Positions 38,093-51,900 of a stretch of DNA of 64,000 nucleotides are shown piece by piece (position 1 is the stretch's first letter; the number at the start of each line of letters is the position of its first letter). The notes beneath the pieces are model-generated. The model searched no databases and had not been told where the DNA came from. It saw only the letters and a list, made by a program, of their open reading frames with translations. The position numbers and the translations under genes were made by a program. The stretch is from Lama glama (taxonomy: Eukaryota). The stretch covers positions 69,132,001-69,196,000 of the forward strand of contig CM052817.1 of assembly GCA_028534125.1 (NCBI GenBank), in the 5' to 3' direction.

Positions 38093-38886
38093 CTTGCAAA
38101 TCAAAGCTACAATGAGGTATCACCTCACACCAGTCAGAATGGCCATCATTCAAAAGTCCACAAATGACATATGTTGGAGAGGCTGTGGAGAAAAGGGAAC
38201 CCTCCTACACTGCTGGTGGGGATACAGTTAGGTGCAGCCACTGTGGAAAATAGTATGGAGATTCCTCAAAAGACTAGGAATAGGCTTACCATATGACCCA
38301 GGAATCCTGCTCCTGGGCATATATCCAGAAGGAACCCTACTTCAAAATGACACCTGCACCCCAACATTCATAGCAGCAGTATACACAATAGCCAAGACAT
38401 GGAAACAGCCTAAATGTCCATCAAAAGATGACTGGATAAAGAAGAGATGGTTTATTCATACCATGGAATACTACTCAGCCATAAAAACTGACAACATAAC
38501 GCCATTTGCAGCAACATGGATGTTACTGGAGAATGTCATTCTAAGTGAAATATGCCAGAAAGTGAAAGAAAAATACCATATAAGATCACTCATATGTGGA
38601 ATCTAAAATATATATAAAACAGAAACAGGCTCATAGAATACAAACTTGTGGTTGCCAAGGGGGTGGTGGGTGGGAAGGGACAGACTGGGATTTCAAAATG
38701 TAGAATAGATAAACAAGATTATACTGTACAGCACAGGGAAATATATACAAGATCTTGTGGTAGCTCACAGCGAAAAAAGTGACAATGAATATATGTATGT
38801 TCATGTATAACTGAAAAAGTGTGCTCTACACTGGAATTTGACACAATATTGTAAAATGACTATTACTCTATAAAAATGTTAAAAAA
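38093..38886 (+). mobile_element. 5'-truncated young L1 with perfect 18-bp TSD
   Basis: ORFs 37995..38231 and 38232..38606 encode the ORF2 C-terminus. TSD aatacagactgaaatttc at 38075-38092 and 38887-38904. Confidence 0.97.
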
Positions 38887-41800
38887 AATACAGACTGAAA
38901 TTTCATGATTAAAAATTTTCTCACCTTATTAGCAGAATCAGACTGTCAATGCAACATCCAAATTTTGTTTTATATATATATTATATATATGTTATATAAT
39001 ATATATATAAAATAATCCATTGTTCTAACAATTATTTAATTGAGCTAATGTTTCTTGTCTTGGCTGATTTTACTATAGAACATGCAAACTTTATGCTTCT
39101 CTAGTCTCATTTAATTCTCTTTCTTCTAGGAATTAGGCCAGACTAATAGTCAAATGGCCACTCACCATATTCTGTTCTGATTTTCAGGAAACAGTTGATG
39201 GAAGCTGGTGAAATTGAAAATAGTGCCCTTTCATTGTTGGGAAGATGGGAAAAAAGCACGGCAAAATATAATCCTCAATATTTACTTGCAGTGAAAAGGC
39301 TCTTAATTTCTGTGTAAGAAAGAACTACTTCAAGCCCTGTGTAAATATTGCTTGAAAATATAAAAGGTTAACATTGAAATTCAGAGTCAGAAACAAGAAG
39401 TCAGGCAGCATTTTATCCCCCACGTGGGCTAGAAGGAGAAGCAATCATTGGAGAAGCAGCGTGTTCCCACATGATCACCCAGAGGAGCGGAACAAGAGGT
39501 TTACTCAGTAGCAACAGCCACAGAGAGTGAAACTTTGTGATTAATAAAGTAGGACGAAGAGATGGTTTCAGCACAGAAATATGCCTCCTTAACTCATCTA
39601 TGTCTGCCTTTGCCCTCTGGAGGAAAGTCCGTGAAGAGTCTCAGACTAGATCATTATGATATTATACACTCCTGAGATATGGAGGGACTGCAATGCAAGT
39701 TATATGTGTGATGGGATGAAGGGCTTCGACTCCTGAGAGGTAAGTTTGGATGTTACTAAGCTGGTCTGTTACTAAGAGAAAGGAATGAGAGGGATCTCAT
39801 ATAATCAGTGATTTTGCCCTCTTTATTCTTTCCCATTTCCCAATCTGATTCCTTCTCTAGGTATCCTAAATTGATATTTTTATAACCTATAAAATGGCTA
39901 AGGCTCTGTGCTTCGTGCCCATGTTTCATTTTCATTTATTTGGAATGTTCAGTTGATAAGGCAGACCTCACATAGAAGTCCTTCATGCAAGGAGCATGCT
40001 CAGGACATGTATATTGTCATTTCTGGGTTCCAAAGATCAGGTTCCAAAGATCTCAAATGATGTTTGAGAGAGTTTGAACCAGTCTCGAAGCCTCTTAACA
40101 TAATCATAGGGTTAAAGCTTCCAGGGGAATTACTGCCTGACTTCCTGACAAATGAAATTACAATATCCAAGGTTTCTCATTTATTTCAGACATTCACAAG
40201 ACCATTAGGTTGGAAAGCCCCAGCTTGGAGAGTATTTATATTTTTAGCATCAGATAACATTGATTCTATGACTATATGTTGTTTATTAAAATAACATTTC
40301 TGAAAAATAATCAGTATCTCAATACACACATGGTCTTACTTCTTAGCCGCCTACTCCCATGAACCAATTTAAATTCTTTTTACGTGGAAAAAGGAAGGTC
40401 AGCGCACAAGACAAAGGAAATTTATGTCTAGCGAATAACACATCATAGAGAAGGACATCATTCGTTGGCTTATAATCTACTTATATCAAAAAGTCCTATT
40501 TAAATGCTTTGCCAGAAGATTGGAAAGGGGGGAAATTGTGAGCCAAATGACAGATCCTTTGGTTTGTGGGACCCTAGTGTTCAAATCTCAGCCTTAGAAA
40601 TGTGGTACATCTAGCGATGACATACTCAATGTGTTAGTCATCTCAAAGAAAACACATCGAAGACTTCGGTCTCCCACACCACCCACATCCCGGTACATCT
40701 GCTTGGTGTGGTGACTGGGACACTCCCAACAGTGCAGGAGAGGTCAGATGATTTGTTACCAGATGAAAAAAAAAACTGAAATCATGTCTCCAGGCTCAAG
40801 TCACTTCCCCTTCATCCCACTGGCCCTTCCAGACTATGCAAAGAGTATGCTCCTCTGTATTTCTGCTGCTTCTTTTCTTGGCCCTTGTTCATCACTAAGG
40901 ATCCCCAGATGTACTGGCATTGGACTCTTTTTAACACCCCTGTGTCTGGCCTCACATTCCAGCAGAAATTTGCAGCAAATATGGGGCTTTAAAATGTGAG
41001 CTGGGGGAGGGAGAAGAGGAAAGGGGAGTTCAGCTAAGAGAGCAAGACTTGCCCCAGGGACTGGGGTAGATACGTCCTGCCTCAAGACAACGCGAGTGCT
41101 CTTTTGGTCAATAGGAAGTCTAGGCAAATCGATCGAACAAAATTCATTAGCCGAAGGGTTAATAGAGTTTTTCATACCACTTTACTAGGGTCAATCTGAA
41201 ATCCTATACTTTTTTCAAAAATTCTTCCCTCACATGCAACGGTAAGGTGTTTCTAGAACTATGTTTGGGATGCAATTGAAAAATCTGTCCCATCTGTTTT
41301 TGTTTGTTTTAACTGAGGGAGGCAGCTGTGTTGCAATAAAGATGAGCAAAACAGTTTTGCTCTTAGCATGGCACATGCCCCCTGCCCACCTCCCCAGCAC
41401 TGCCTCAGACACACCAGCTCCACAGGGCTGCCTGCATGGCCCTGAGTTAGCCGCATGCCCTTGTGACTGTGCATTTACAAACGTTTTTCCTCTGCGAACA
41501 ATACCTTTCCTTCAGCCACTTCATCATCAGAATAATCCCAACTCATCATTCAGAGATTATATCAAGTAACTCCACTTTCCTGAAACGTTCTGGACTGGCT
41601 CTTCACTCCAGCTGATTTGGGTGCCCCCTTCAAGCCATATTCTGCTAACACTTCATGCTTATCTGTACCATGATATGCATCATGCTCTGTTAAATACTCT
41701 CTCTTATTTATAGTCTGATTGTGGACATCGTCTGTCATCTCTATATCCCCAGTGGTCACATGATGCCTGGAATAGCTTGGCAGTCCACATTTTGCCCAGA

Positions 41801-44554
41801 AATGAATTAATGAATGAGATTTTGTTGCAACCGGGGTTAGAAATTTGTACCATTGAATTAACAAAAATGCTCATACAAGTACCCACCAGAAGATGTAAAA
41901 AGAAAGAACTTGAAGATCAAGAGAGAATTTTGTATAATTTTGAAACAGATTTTTTAAAGATCAGTGAAGTGCTACATAAACCTTTGTAACCTACAACTGT
42001 TAACTAAGGACGTCATATGTGTTTAAAAAGAAGGAAAACTGGTTGATGAGCAATTCTCCAGCCAGCAACCTGGCTGCAAGTATTTCATGCTGAGCCTCAG
42101 ATTCACATTCTCCAGTGCTGTCATCAGCTCCTTTACGTTACATTCCTAGAGCTGATGTGATTTTTCGCGTATAAATTATCTAAAGTGAAATGTAGGCTCT
42201 TTCCTTTCTAAGTGGTTATCGCTGGTCTCTACCACAGCAATAAGGCTGTCCTCGTAGCAGTGAAATCCACAGTTCACCTCTTCCCTAACTGCCCTCAGGA
42301 AATTGTTAAAACCTCTTGGTGGGTGGGGGCTGTGACACTGGATACTTCTGAGGATCGGATGGAGCTGGTGACACACCATCCTAAATGCTTCTAACTTCTC
42401 TTTGCCTTTGTCTCTCAATATTTTTCTCATCGGCGGATCATATCTTATAGCACTCCTAGTTAACCTCCACCACTATGAGGTGTTTGTAAAAAAGCAAAAA
42501 GGTGAGAAACTTACGATGGCTTCCTTTAAACATCCTGGAGGTACACAGATGGAATACTTAGAGGATTCAGTATCTTGATACACCAGTCACAGCAATAGAG
42601 CACCTGGCACGTAACTACTAACGTACTTTTTCCAAATGTTTGTGTCATGGACTGCCACCACCAAAACATTTATTTGGTGTCTAATTTGTTTATGATTCTG
42701 AACAAATTGAGTTAAAGTTTGCACCATGTTAAATTAGTTAAGTCACATTGACATGTCAGTTTTTACCCCCAAATGTAGACAGTGCTTCTAGGTTTGGAAC
42801 CAAATTCATTTCAAATCATGTCTGCGATTTTTGTACACACCATCAACCCCCCTTATGATGCCCACACATCAGAATTTTAAAGACACCCATATTTTTTTTC
42901 AGGCCCTGCTCCCAAGTTTCAGAACTTACAGAAATTTTGCAGAAGACTTCACTCAGCCTTGTCTAGGTTCATATTTGGTATTTGTGGAAGATGATATGAG
43001 CCTATTGCCTGGTCGAAGAGGCAAGAAATAAAAACTTTACCTTCCAGATCAAATTTCCTAAGTTACATGTTTGCTACATGTTTTGAGTCTAGGCAGGGAT
43101 GTCACTGTGTGTTTGAAAAGGTTAAGTCTCTGTAAGACTCTTTCCAGTGTAGCTGGAAGACTAGAGCGATTGGGTTCCCTTGTTCTGTAGGAAGAGGAGA
43201 GACACAGCCACACCTGGGCACAGCAGGTATCAGACAGGATGGATTACGGTCTGACTCTAACACTTCCTGGGTTTAAATGAGATCACCAGAACTTTACTCA
43301 CCCAAACAAATCAAGTTGTTCCCACATTCACGTTGGATGAAGTGATTTTTATTACAAAACCCAGTACTCATCAGGCTCTTTTCTGAGGGCAGATCAAAAG
43401 CAAAAAGATCAGGTCATGCGCTTTTCATCTCCCCTCCTGGAGCACAGCACTGTCTAATACACGCTGATCAAATTCTGCCTGTGATTTTGAACAGGATGGT
43501 TTGGAAAAGCCAAGAACGAGCTCTTAAAATAATATTGCTCAGCCCCTCGTAACGAGAATTGGAGCTGGACTTTTATAAACGGCACACTGAAAACTGTTTA
43601 CAACTTGCAAATGATGATTCCAAGAAACATTAGAATGACTTTCTTATAGAGAGACATTAATAAATAACAGCAAACTTGCGAAATAAAAAGTCCAGTCCTG
43701 CTTTCTGGGAAACTTCCAAAAAGAGATCACAGGCACTTAAAACCCAGTTTCACAGAGTAAATCAGCTGAGAGAGTAATCAGCCAGTTACTGATTATATCA
43801 TAATAATTATTATTAAAAATTTATCAGCAACTGTGCATAGAGCTATTTGTCTTCAAAGCAGCTGAACTTAAGGATTAACAAATTAATCTCCATTGCAACT
43901 GCCTGAGAGCTCTAGGGAGAACTTCATTTAACATTCGTGCACTCTGTCCCAGTAACGTCTGCGAGGGATCTTTCCATTGTTAGATAAACACGCTTGGGCG
44001 TACAGATGGGTAACAGCACACACCCATGTCCTGCCGGCTGGCTGGCTCACTGCTGAGTCCTCAACCAATACCCAATCAAAGGCAAAAATGTGTTTCTAGT
44101 GATAGAGCAGGATGGTTTTCATTGAGGACAGACTTTTCCGAACATACAAAAATTGTCTGGGAATTTGGGTGCATAACCTGGGTGTGGTGAGGATGAGACT
44201 TTCACATTTCTCACTGGAGTTCAGTACTCCCCACATAACCTCAGCCCAGCGTGGATCCTTAAATTCACCATCTCACCAGCCAAAAGGACTCCTACTGCTA
44301 ACAGATGCCACAGTTGCTAGAGCTTCTCTACAAACCACACATATTTTCATGAGACCCTGAAAAGAACAGACTCCTGGAAACTACAGATATTTTGCAGATG
44401 CGCTTTTTACAAAATGATTTCACAATTTGCCTAGGCCCTTTATCGATGCGTCACTTTACAGATGAATAAAGATCAACCACTGGTCTTTATTACAAGTCAC
44501 ACATTTTCATTGTAATCGCCTTTCCTTGATAATTTCCCAAATTATAAGCAAGAA

Positions 44555-44850
44555 TTCTACTTATTGGGTATTTAATGATATTAAGGAATTATTATTAATG
44601 CTTAAGTTTTGATAATAATATTACAGGTATTTTTTAGTTTTTTTAAAGAAACTGAAATATTTGTAAATGAAATAACATGATGTGCCGGATTTATTTTTAA
44701 AATACACTGCAGAAAGTGAGGATGAGTTGGGAAATGTGGATAAAGCAAGGTAAGCCATGAGTTAAAAATTGCTGAAGCTATGGAATGGGCCCAGGGGGCT
44801 TCACTCATACTATTTTCTCTAGTTTTCTGTATGTATAGTTTCCATTAAAA
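44555..44850 (+). mobile_element. Ancient L1M (L1MC/L1ME-like) 3' end
   Basis: 'gggtatttaatgatattaaggaattattattaat...actgaaatattt...atactattttctctagttttctgtatgt'. Confidence 0.65.
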
Positions 44851-45894
44851 AAACACAAAAGAATTCCTACAATGTAGGCAGAACTCTAAAAGTAATCTCT
44901 AAGGAGCAGCCAACCCAAGACATAATCTGAAATCACTCGGTTCTACACACACAGCACAGGCAGCATCTGGCAACATGGAATCAAAATCCTCTCCATCCTC
45001 ACCTTGGAGAAGCTGACAAGACAGCCTCTGATAAGCCTGTATCACACTGATCAGCCCTCTGACCATGTGAGTAATCTTCAGAGCTTCTATAAGCTGGATT
45101 GTTCACAATCTACTGCGAGGAGGTAGCCACTAGTTCACTGGATTTATAAATTAGTGCTTCAGCCTCTGGTCCTCAAATCTCTGTAGTGAAAATTATCCTG
45201 GAGCCCACAGGAATGTCAAGCCATTGCTACCTATTGACTATTTACTGAAGGGTTACTAATGCAGGCATCTTAGGGCTGGTAAAGGTGCATAAGACATGGT
45301 CAGTGCCCTCAAGAGATTCACATTATGTGGGACAGAAACAAGCCATTGCTTTTGAGGGTCCCCAAAACCCAGGTGGTGGCAGTCCACATACTCTCAACTC
45401 CCCTTTTCAGGGAGTACACAGGAACTCCATTAACTTGGGATGGACAAACAAAGAGAAAGAGAATTGATATCAGACTGAATGAAAAGTTTCTAAATACGTG
45501 GAGTTTCTTAACTGTTTTTTTTTTTTTTTTTTTTTGGTTTTGGAATAACTGGGGTACATGGATGACCTGGGGCTGCAGAGTTGTACCTGTTGATACTACC
45601 ACATCAGCTGCAGCTGGTGTTCCCCTCTGCCCACCCCAGATCCACTCCTTGACAGCTGCTTGAAAGGTACTATAAAGATAAAATGTTTTCTTTAGAATGC
45701 CACACTGGCAAAGCTTGCTACATGTCTGTCTGAGTGAAGTGACAGGGGTCTCTGCTTCTCAGGAAAAATAAAAGTAGCGAAGGAAAGTTACCCTGAATAG
45801 CTTTCTCACAAGCCCTGTCTATACCGCACCTTCCGGTTGGCAAAGAGCCTTCAGACATATTCTCCCATTCAACTGGGAAATGAATTGGGTAGGC

Positions 45895-46045
45895 TTTTTT
45901 TTTTTAATTTATTGATGTGAAATTCATGTAACATAAAAGTAAACATTTTTGAAGTGTAAAATTCAGTGGCATTCAGTTATTCACAATATTATGTCACCAC
46001 TACTTCTGTCTAGTTCTAAAATATTTCCATCACTTCAAAATACCC
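45895..46045 (-). mobile_element. Old L1 3'-terminus fragment
   Basis: Poly(T) then 'aattttattgatgtgaaattcatgtaacataaaa...ttcagtggcattcagttattcacaat'. Confidence 0.7.
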
Positions 46046-46182
46046 CTCCTGCTGCCCCCACCCCCTGGGTAGGCGTCCTTAACTTCAGCTCTGCAGGTCA
46101 AGAAGCCTAATCAGCAGCTGTCGAGTGATGCGCAGTTAGTAAGTCTAGTGACAGAAACAGAACCCCGTTCTCTTTACCAGAC

Positions 46183-46359
46183 CAGTGGTTCTCAGACTTC
46201 AGCCTGCATGGGACCACCTGGAGGACACGGTAAAACACAGACTGCAGAGCTCCAGCCTCAAAGTTTCTGGTTAGGTCTGGAGTCGAGCCTGAGAAACTGC
46301 ATTTCTAATAAACTCCCAATGACACTGCTGTTGCCGGTCTCACACTCTGAGAACCACTG
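46183..46359. mobile_element. MER5A hAT MITE
   Basis: TIRs cagtggttctcaga / tctgagaaccactg; internal 'cctgagaaactgcatttctaataaactccca'. Confidence 0.9.
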
Positions 46360-48329
46360 TGCTATGCTGAGTTGCCTAGTCTTCTACTTTCTAATTATAC
46401 ATTTTGCTAATCCAATTTAGTAACATTATGTATTTAAGCATTTAAGCACAGTGAGCTTATAGAAGTTGTCTGCTTTCTCTACATCATAGGTTTATTGTCA
46501 ACATTAAAATGAAAACATGTAGGTGAAAGCACTATGTCAGCTTAAAATTGATCATGTAAGTTAGCATCGTGTTCTGTGCTGAAGAGCAGGCCTTCTAAAG
46601 TAGCTGAGCTTATTAATGCTTCCAGAATGTCTGAGTAAACTACTAAACGGTGTACTTCCAGCATGCCAGAACTGGAGGTATCTCTTACCGTGGGTCTGAC
46701 AGTACCTGGCAAAGAGCAGTCATTAATGTTGAATGAGTTCGTTTACTTAACAGTCAAAGCTAAAAGGGCTTCTTTTAGTATTACTTGAGGCACTTCTAAA
46801 TATATAGCTGCAAGCAACCTAGCTGGTCGACATAATGGACAGAGCTTTACATACACAGCAGTGCTTACCCATCAGGTTTCCTGCCAGTGTCCTTGTCTAT
46901 GTGCACTAAAAGGTCTTAAAAGCACTGATCAAGGCATTCACTCCTCGCCTGCATCTCTGCAGGAGTTGATGCCAGTGTTTCAGCATCACCCTCGAACCAC
47001 TTTCCTTGCCCTGCCCCCACGTGTACATGTGTATAGATGACAACTGGTAATACAGCCAACATATATTCCACCATCTGCCTACCAGATCCGGGCAAGCTCT
47101 CCTGATCACTTTGCTCAGCGTTGGGTATGGGACAGCATTGCTGAGGAGTAAACGGTAGAGCTGACAATGTCTTGTTTCTAAAGTGCTGGGATCCTTTAAT
47201 CTTCTTTTCTCCTTTGATGTCTGAGATTTCCTTCTTGATGCAGTGACACTGGGACTAAATGAAACACCAGGAAACCATTTACCAGCAAAGGGTGTGTGTT
47301 ACAAACACCTGCAGAGCCCATGGTACCAGGTGACTTGAATTACTCACACATTTCTGAGCTCTGCGCTGTGGGTGGGTGGCTATTTGGACTTTTTTTTACT
47401 TTGGGTAAAAAGATGACAGCTCTGGTCACATTTTTATGACTTCTACTTATTTTCTGTCCATATACCCAACAGAGGCACAAACAATGGTGGCGGGAGGGGG
47501 GTGAGGAATGCTTTTCGGCTCTGATGACTATAAAAGCAGTTGCTTTAAAACACTTAGAATCTTTGTACCAATGGTTTTTGGAGTCAAACAAAAGAGATAC
47601 AAAAGAGATAATATTCTTGTGGTCCCAATAGCTGAGAACCAGGAGAGGAAATCCTGGGTTCAGCTCCTGACTCTCCTGTATCAGTTTGTAAACTTTGCCC
47701 ATATCACTTACCATCTATGGGCTTCTGGTTCTTTCTCTGCAGAATGAGGGAAATCACCTTTAAAAAGATTTGTTTTGGTTTTTAAGAAGCTATTTGTTGC
47801 AACCAATTTTTACAAATTTGCCTGTTTCCTAGGGGCCGTCATTAACTTGCTTTTCTTCAGCATTACAGAAATAATATGATAGTACCTCCTTTCATTGTTT
47901 GTTTCCATCTCGTAGAACAAACTAGAGATCTGGACAGAACATTTGATAAATAGGAAGTAGCAGCAGCACTGTTAACACAGCCTGGCCCAACAAAAAATTC
48001 TAATAATAGAGAATATTAATTGAGTGTTTACTATGGACCATGCTCTGTGCTCCGCGCTTTACAAGAAATGTGTGTGAGGCTCCCACACAATGTAAAACAT
48101 GTCTTGAATTGCAAAGCTTCAATTCCAAATTAGGATGTCAAAAAGGCCCCTGTAGATAATATGCTTTGTGAAAATCCATATAGGTAGGGACGATCCTTTG
48201 GAGATCTCGGAAAAAAAAAATCACAAATGCTGTTCTGTTTCTTTTTCACAGCCGTCTCCCGCGTCTCAGGACATGGCAAGTCTATAACGGCAGCTGCATT
48301 CCTCTCTTTCGCTCCATTCAGCTCTATCC

Positions 48330-48990
48330 TTAAAGTGTTTTTGGAATCCAACCTCATCTCACCATCTGCACTGCTCCTCTCTGCTCCTCCCTCCCAGAAC
48401 TCCCCTGCGCCATTTCATTCTCTACCGGGCGGCCCTCGAGGGCCTGGGGAAATGCGAAGCCCGATCCGGTCAGTTACTTGCTGAAAACTTCCCAGTGGCT
48501 TTGCATCTCACTCAGCACAAAATCCTGAGCCCCTTCTGTTTGATGGGAGCAGCCGCCGTGCTTCTTTCTCACCGCTTGGCTCACCTGCCCCGGCCGTGCT
48601 GCTCTCTGGCTATGATCCCTGCACCCCGCGCATCTTCAGGCTCGGCCCCCACCAGCCCTTCTCGCTGCCTGGAAGGCTCGTCCCCAGAGAGCCACGTGGC
48701 GTACTCTCTCCTCTCCTTCCAGTCTTTGCTCAGATGTCACTTTCTTATTGAGGACTTCCTGACACCCCACTCTCAGCTCCCTTGCCTCCCTTACGCTTTA
48801 TTTCTCTATTTCTAGCATTTCTCACCACCCGATGTGTTGTATATTTTAATCGTTTACTTGCTCATCGTTTCCCCTCACTTACGTATAAGCACCTCTGAGG
48901 GCAGGGATTTTTTTAATTTTCTTTGTTTATAACTATCTCCAACATCTAGAACTGTGCCTGACATAAAATAGATGCTTTAAAATGAGTAGA
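48330..48990 (+). mobile_element. L2 LINE 3' fragment (CpG-rich portion)
   Basis: 'ctgaaaacttcccagtggcttt...cagtctttgctcagatgtcact...gagggcagggattt...atctagaactgtgcctgacata'. Confidence 0.8.
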
Positions 48991-51900
48991 TATATTTCAT
49001 AAACATCTAGCATTTTTTTGCACATCTAGCATTAATGAGATCCCTTTCCTCCCTACCTCTCTTTTAGGCTCCACAGATTCTACCAGCATATTTTCGTTCC
49101 CTTCCAAAATTCTCTTATTAAAAACAAAATCTCTAGGCTCTTTCTGTCTTTCGTGGGTAAATTTCTTGAAAGAGTTAGGTTACACGTGTAGTCTCCTCTT
49201 TGTGGCTGCTAACCTATCCCTTAACTCACCATTTAACCTGAGATCTGGTGCTACCACTGTGCCGAACAAAACTCGTCACTCACTCCTGGTCATACTTCAT
49301 CTTCTAAGAACTCCAGCCAAAGGGTTCTCCTTGCCCATGTTTCTTACTCCTTCTAAGAAAATAAGTGTCCTTTATGGACAATGCTTTTCTCCTTAGCTTC
49401 CAGCACTCATCATTCCTGGTTCTTTCCCGTATCCTAAACGGGTCCTCATCATTCTCTCAGCTTTCCAACATCATAATTCTGAACAAAGCTCTGGCCTCAG
49501 ATTTTTAAACTTTTTGTAGAATCTTTCAGTCCAGAATTCTATATACTTCTCTGGCTTTGTCTAGCACAGATGGCATTTGAAACAATAATAATTAACACTG
49601 GCCCTTGCAGCTCTAGACATTTCCCATTCACTGCCTAACACCTTCTGAGTCTCTTCTGGCATCCTGAACGTTGCATATTTACATCTGCACTAAGATTCAA
49701 TCAAAACCATCTCTTCCACATGACTTCCCTATTCCTCTTTAAATGTCCTCTAAAAAATGTGAAAATTTGGAATGGTTCAAAAGATTTAAAGGCAGACCGA
49801 AAAAAACTTGTGTCTAAGGAGGTAGGGGATGTGATTGTAGAGGGAGGGAAGGGAGGCAGTGTTCAGGGCATCCTTGACGATAAAGTTAAATCTGTTAAAC
49901 TCTAACATTTTATTTTTTAGTCAAATATGGAAAAATATCAGAAGCTCTTAATTCTGGGTGGTGGCAGTCCAGGGACTTAATTCTTCTTTTAAATTATTAG
50001 TTTTAAAATTTTCTCCAAAAATATGGCTCTTAAGAAAAACAATTGATATGTCTATACCTTTTGGAAAAACACTGCATTGAATGGAAAACAGTAAGTCAAT
50101 TATTTGCTTATCTTTTCTAAATGACATTAAACAAAAATGCATGTTTGGGAATAACTACATGTTTGGTGTGGCGTTGACTAAACAACAAGAAAACTAAATC
50201 TTAGGTTTGGATGGTGAGCATAGCAGTCGTTTTAACTCTACATGAATCTTCTGTTCAGGATCTTTGACAAGTGGCCATCCAGCCTTGGCTCCAGTGAGGA
50301 CATTATGACCTCGAGGGGCTGTCTGTTCTATTTTGGAAAAATTCCTAAACTCTTCTCTATATCAAGTAAAAGTCTAATTCCTTTTCCATTCCTATCCAGT
50401 TTTTCTGGCTCTGCCTATTTTAAATCTACTCAGAAAAAGTTTTACACTCTTATTAGTCCAGTAAGTCCAAGTTTAACTTTCTATGATTGTATTTTAAAGT
50501 GCAAGCAAACCTCTGCTTAGCTTTGGTCAGTTTCCTTATAGGAAAGAACCTATTTCAATTTCAAATTCTGATTATCACCTAGTATGAGAGTATGTCTAGC
50601 AGGAATTTTTTTTAACTATATGAATTGGGAATTTAGTGAACTTTCCAACTTCAGAGATGAAGGAGAAGAACTATCACTGTAACTCTCTGTTAACAACTTT
50701 TTTGTGTAAATAATCAGATCTTGTGCCCTTCAAAATGAAGACTAATATTGATGCCAAAGTTCTTCATCTTGGTTAAAATTTAAAATGAGTACTACAATGT
50801 CAATATGTATTCAGAGAGTCCATAAGGTAAAAACAATCTCCTTAAAAATAAAAATAACCCCCAATTTTTCAAATATAATAATAATATGTGTAATTCCATG
50901 AATAAAAATGAGAAAGTAAAAGCTACTGATCAACCACTTTGGGGCAAAGTCCAGAGTATTTTCTAATTTCAAACACTTTGCTATGTCAACCATTCTCAAG
51001 AGGTTTAACTACACATATAATCATGGTTGCCACTTCTGTTAGGATTTGTAGAGACTCCAAAAACTAGTCTGTTAGTCCAAATTCTTCAAAATTTAACCTC
51101 AATCTTTCATTTTCCCAACACGTTGGTCAATTTGCTTATAAAACTAATGCAAACCTTAAAACCCACAATCTTCATCTTATTTTATTTTTTTCAGGACATC
51201 ATGATCTTTTATCCATTTTTTTTAATCCCTAATATATTTCTCTCTGCCTTTTGCAAGTTACATCTAATTTCCTGCTTTAGCTTAGTTATTTCTTGGTATT
51301 CCTCCTAGGTAACCACTTTTATTTTATGGTATTCCCATTTGTGTTTCAACTCCTTGTTCAAATTTTTCTGTAGACAACCAGCTGTTAAGCTTAAGAACAC
51401 CAGATGTTAGTGTAAGATTTGAGATGCTGTTACCAGGACAACCAGCACTGAGTGCCGGCCATCCCATCACTGTGTTCACTGCTCCAAAGGGGGGATTGAG
51501 CTTCACCTTTCTCTATGGAAATAAAACAGACAGAAACACATTTGTAACACTAATTTAAAGAGGTGTCTAGAACACCCTTCTGCTGTAAATTCTGTTCATA
51601 CCTTCCCAGTGGTTTTTCTCCATTTAAAGAAACAAAGTAACAAGTGTTTAATAAAGAAAAATGTGAGACAAAGAAGGCTTTAACCAATACCACTTGGAGG
51701 ATAAATTACATTTTGATGATTTTCAAGGTTATAGACGAGTTGCCTCATTCAGTAGATAAAAGAGAAAGCTTTGAGTTTTCCATCCTTCCTTCCCTTCCCT
51801 CAGAAGCTCAGAGGTTACTAAGATTTTTTTTTCCTGTGTTCATATGAGACAGTCCCTCCCATAAAAAGGGAAATCTTACATTTAAGTCATGACATGGCCC

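Noticed and set aside
40026..40052. ggttccaaagatc direct duplication
   Set aside because: Ordinary short slippage duplication.
48240..48720. DKK2 exon 1 or promoter CpG island
   Set aside because: No DKK2 signal-peptide coding sequence and it is L2-derived; kept only as a composition anomaly.
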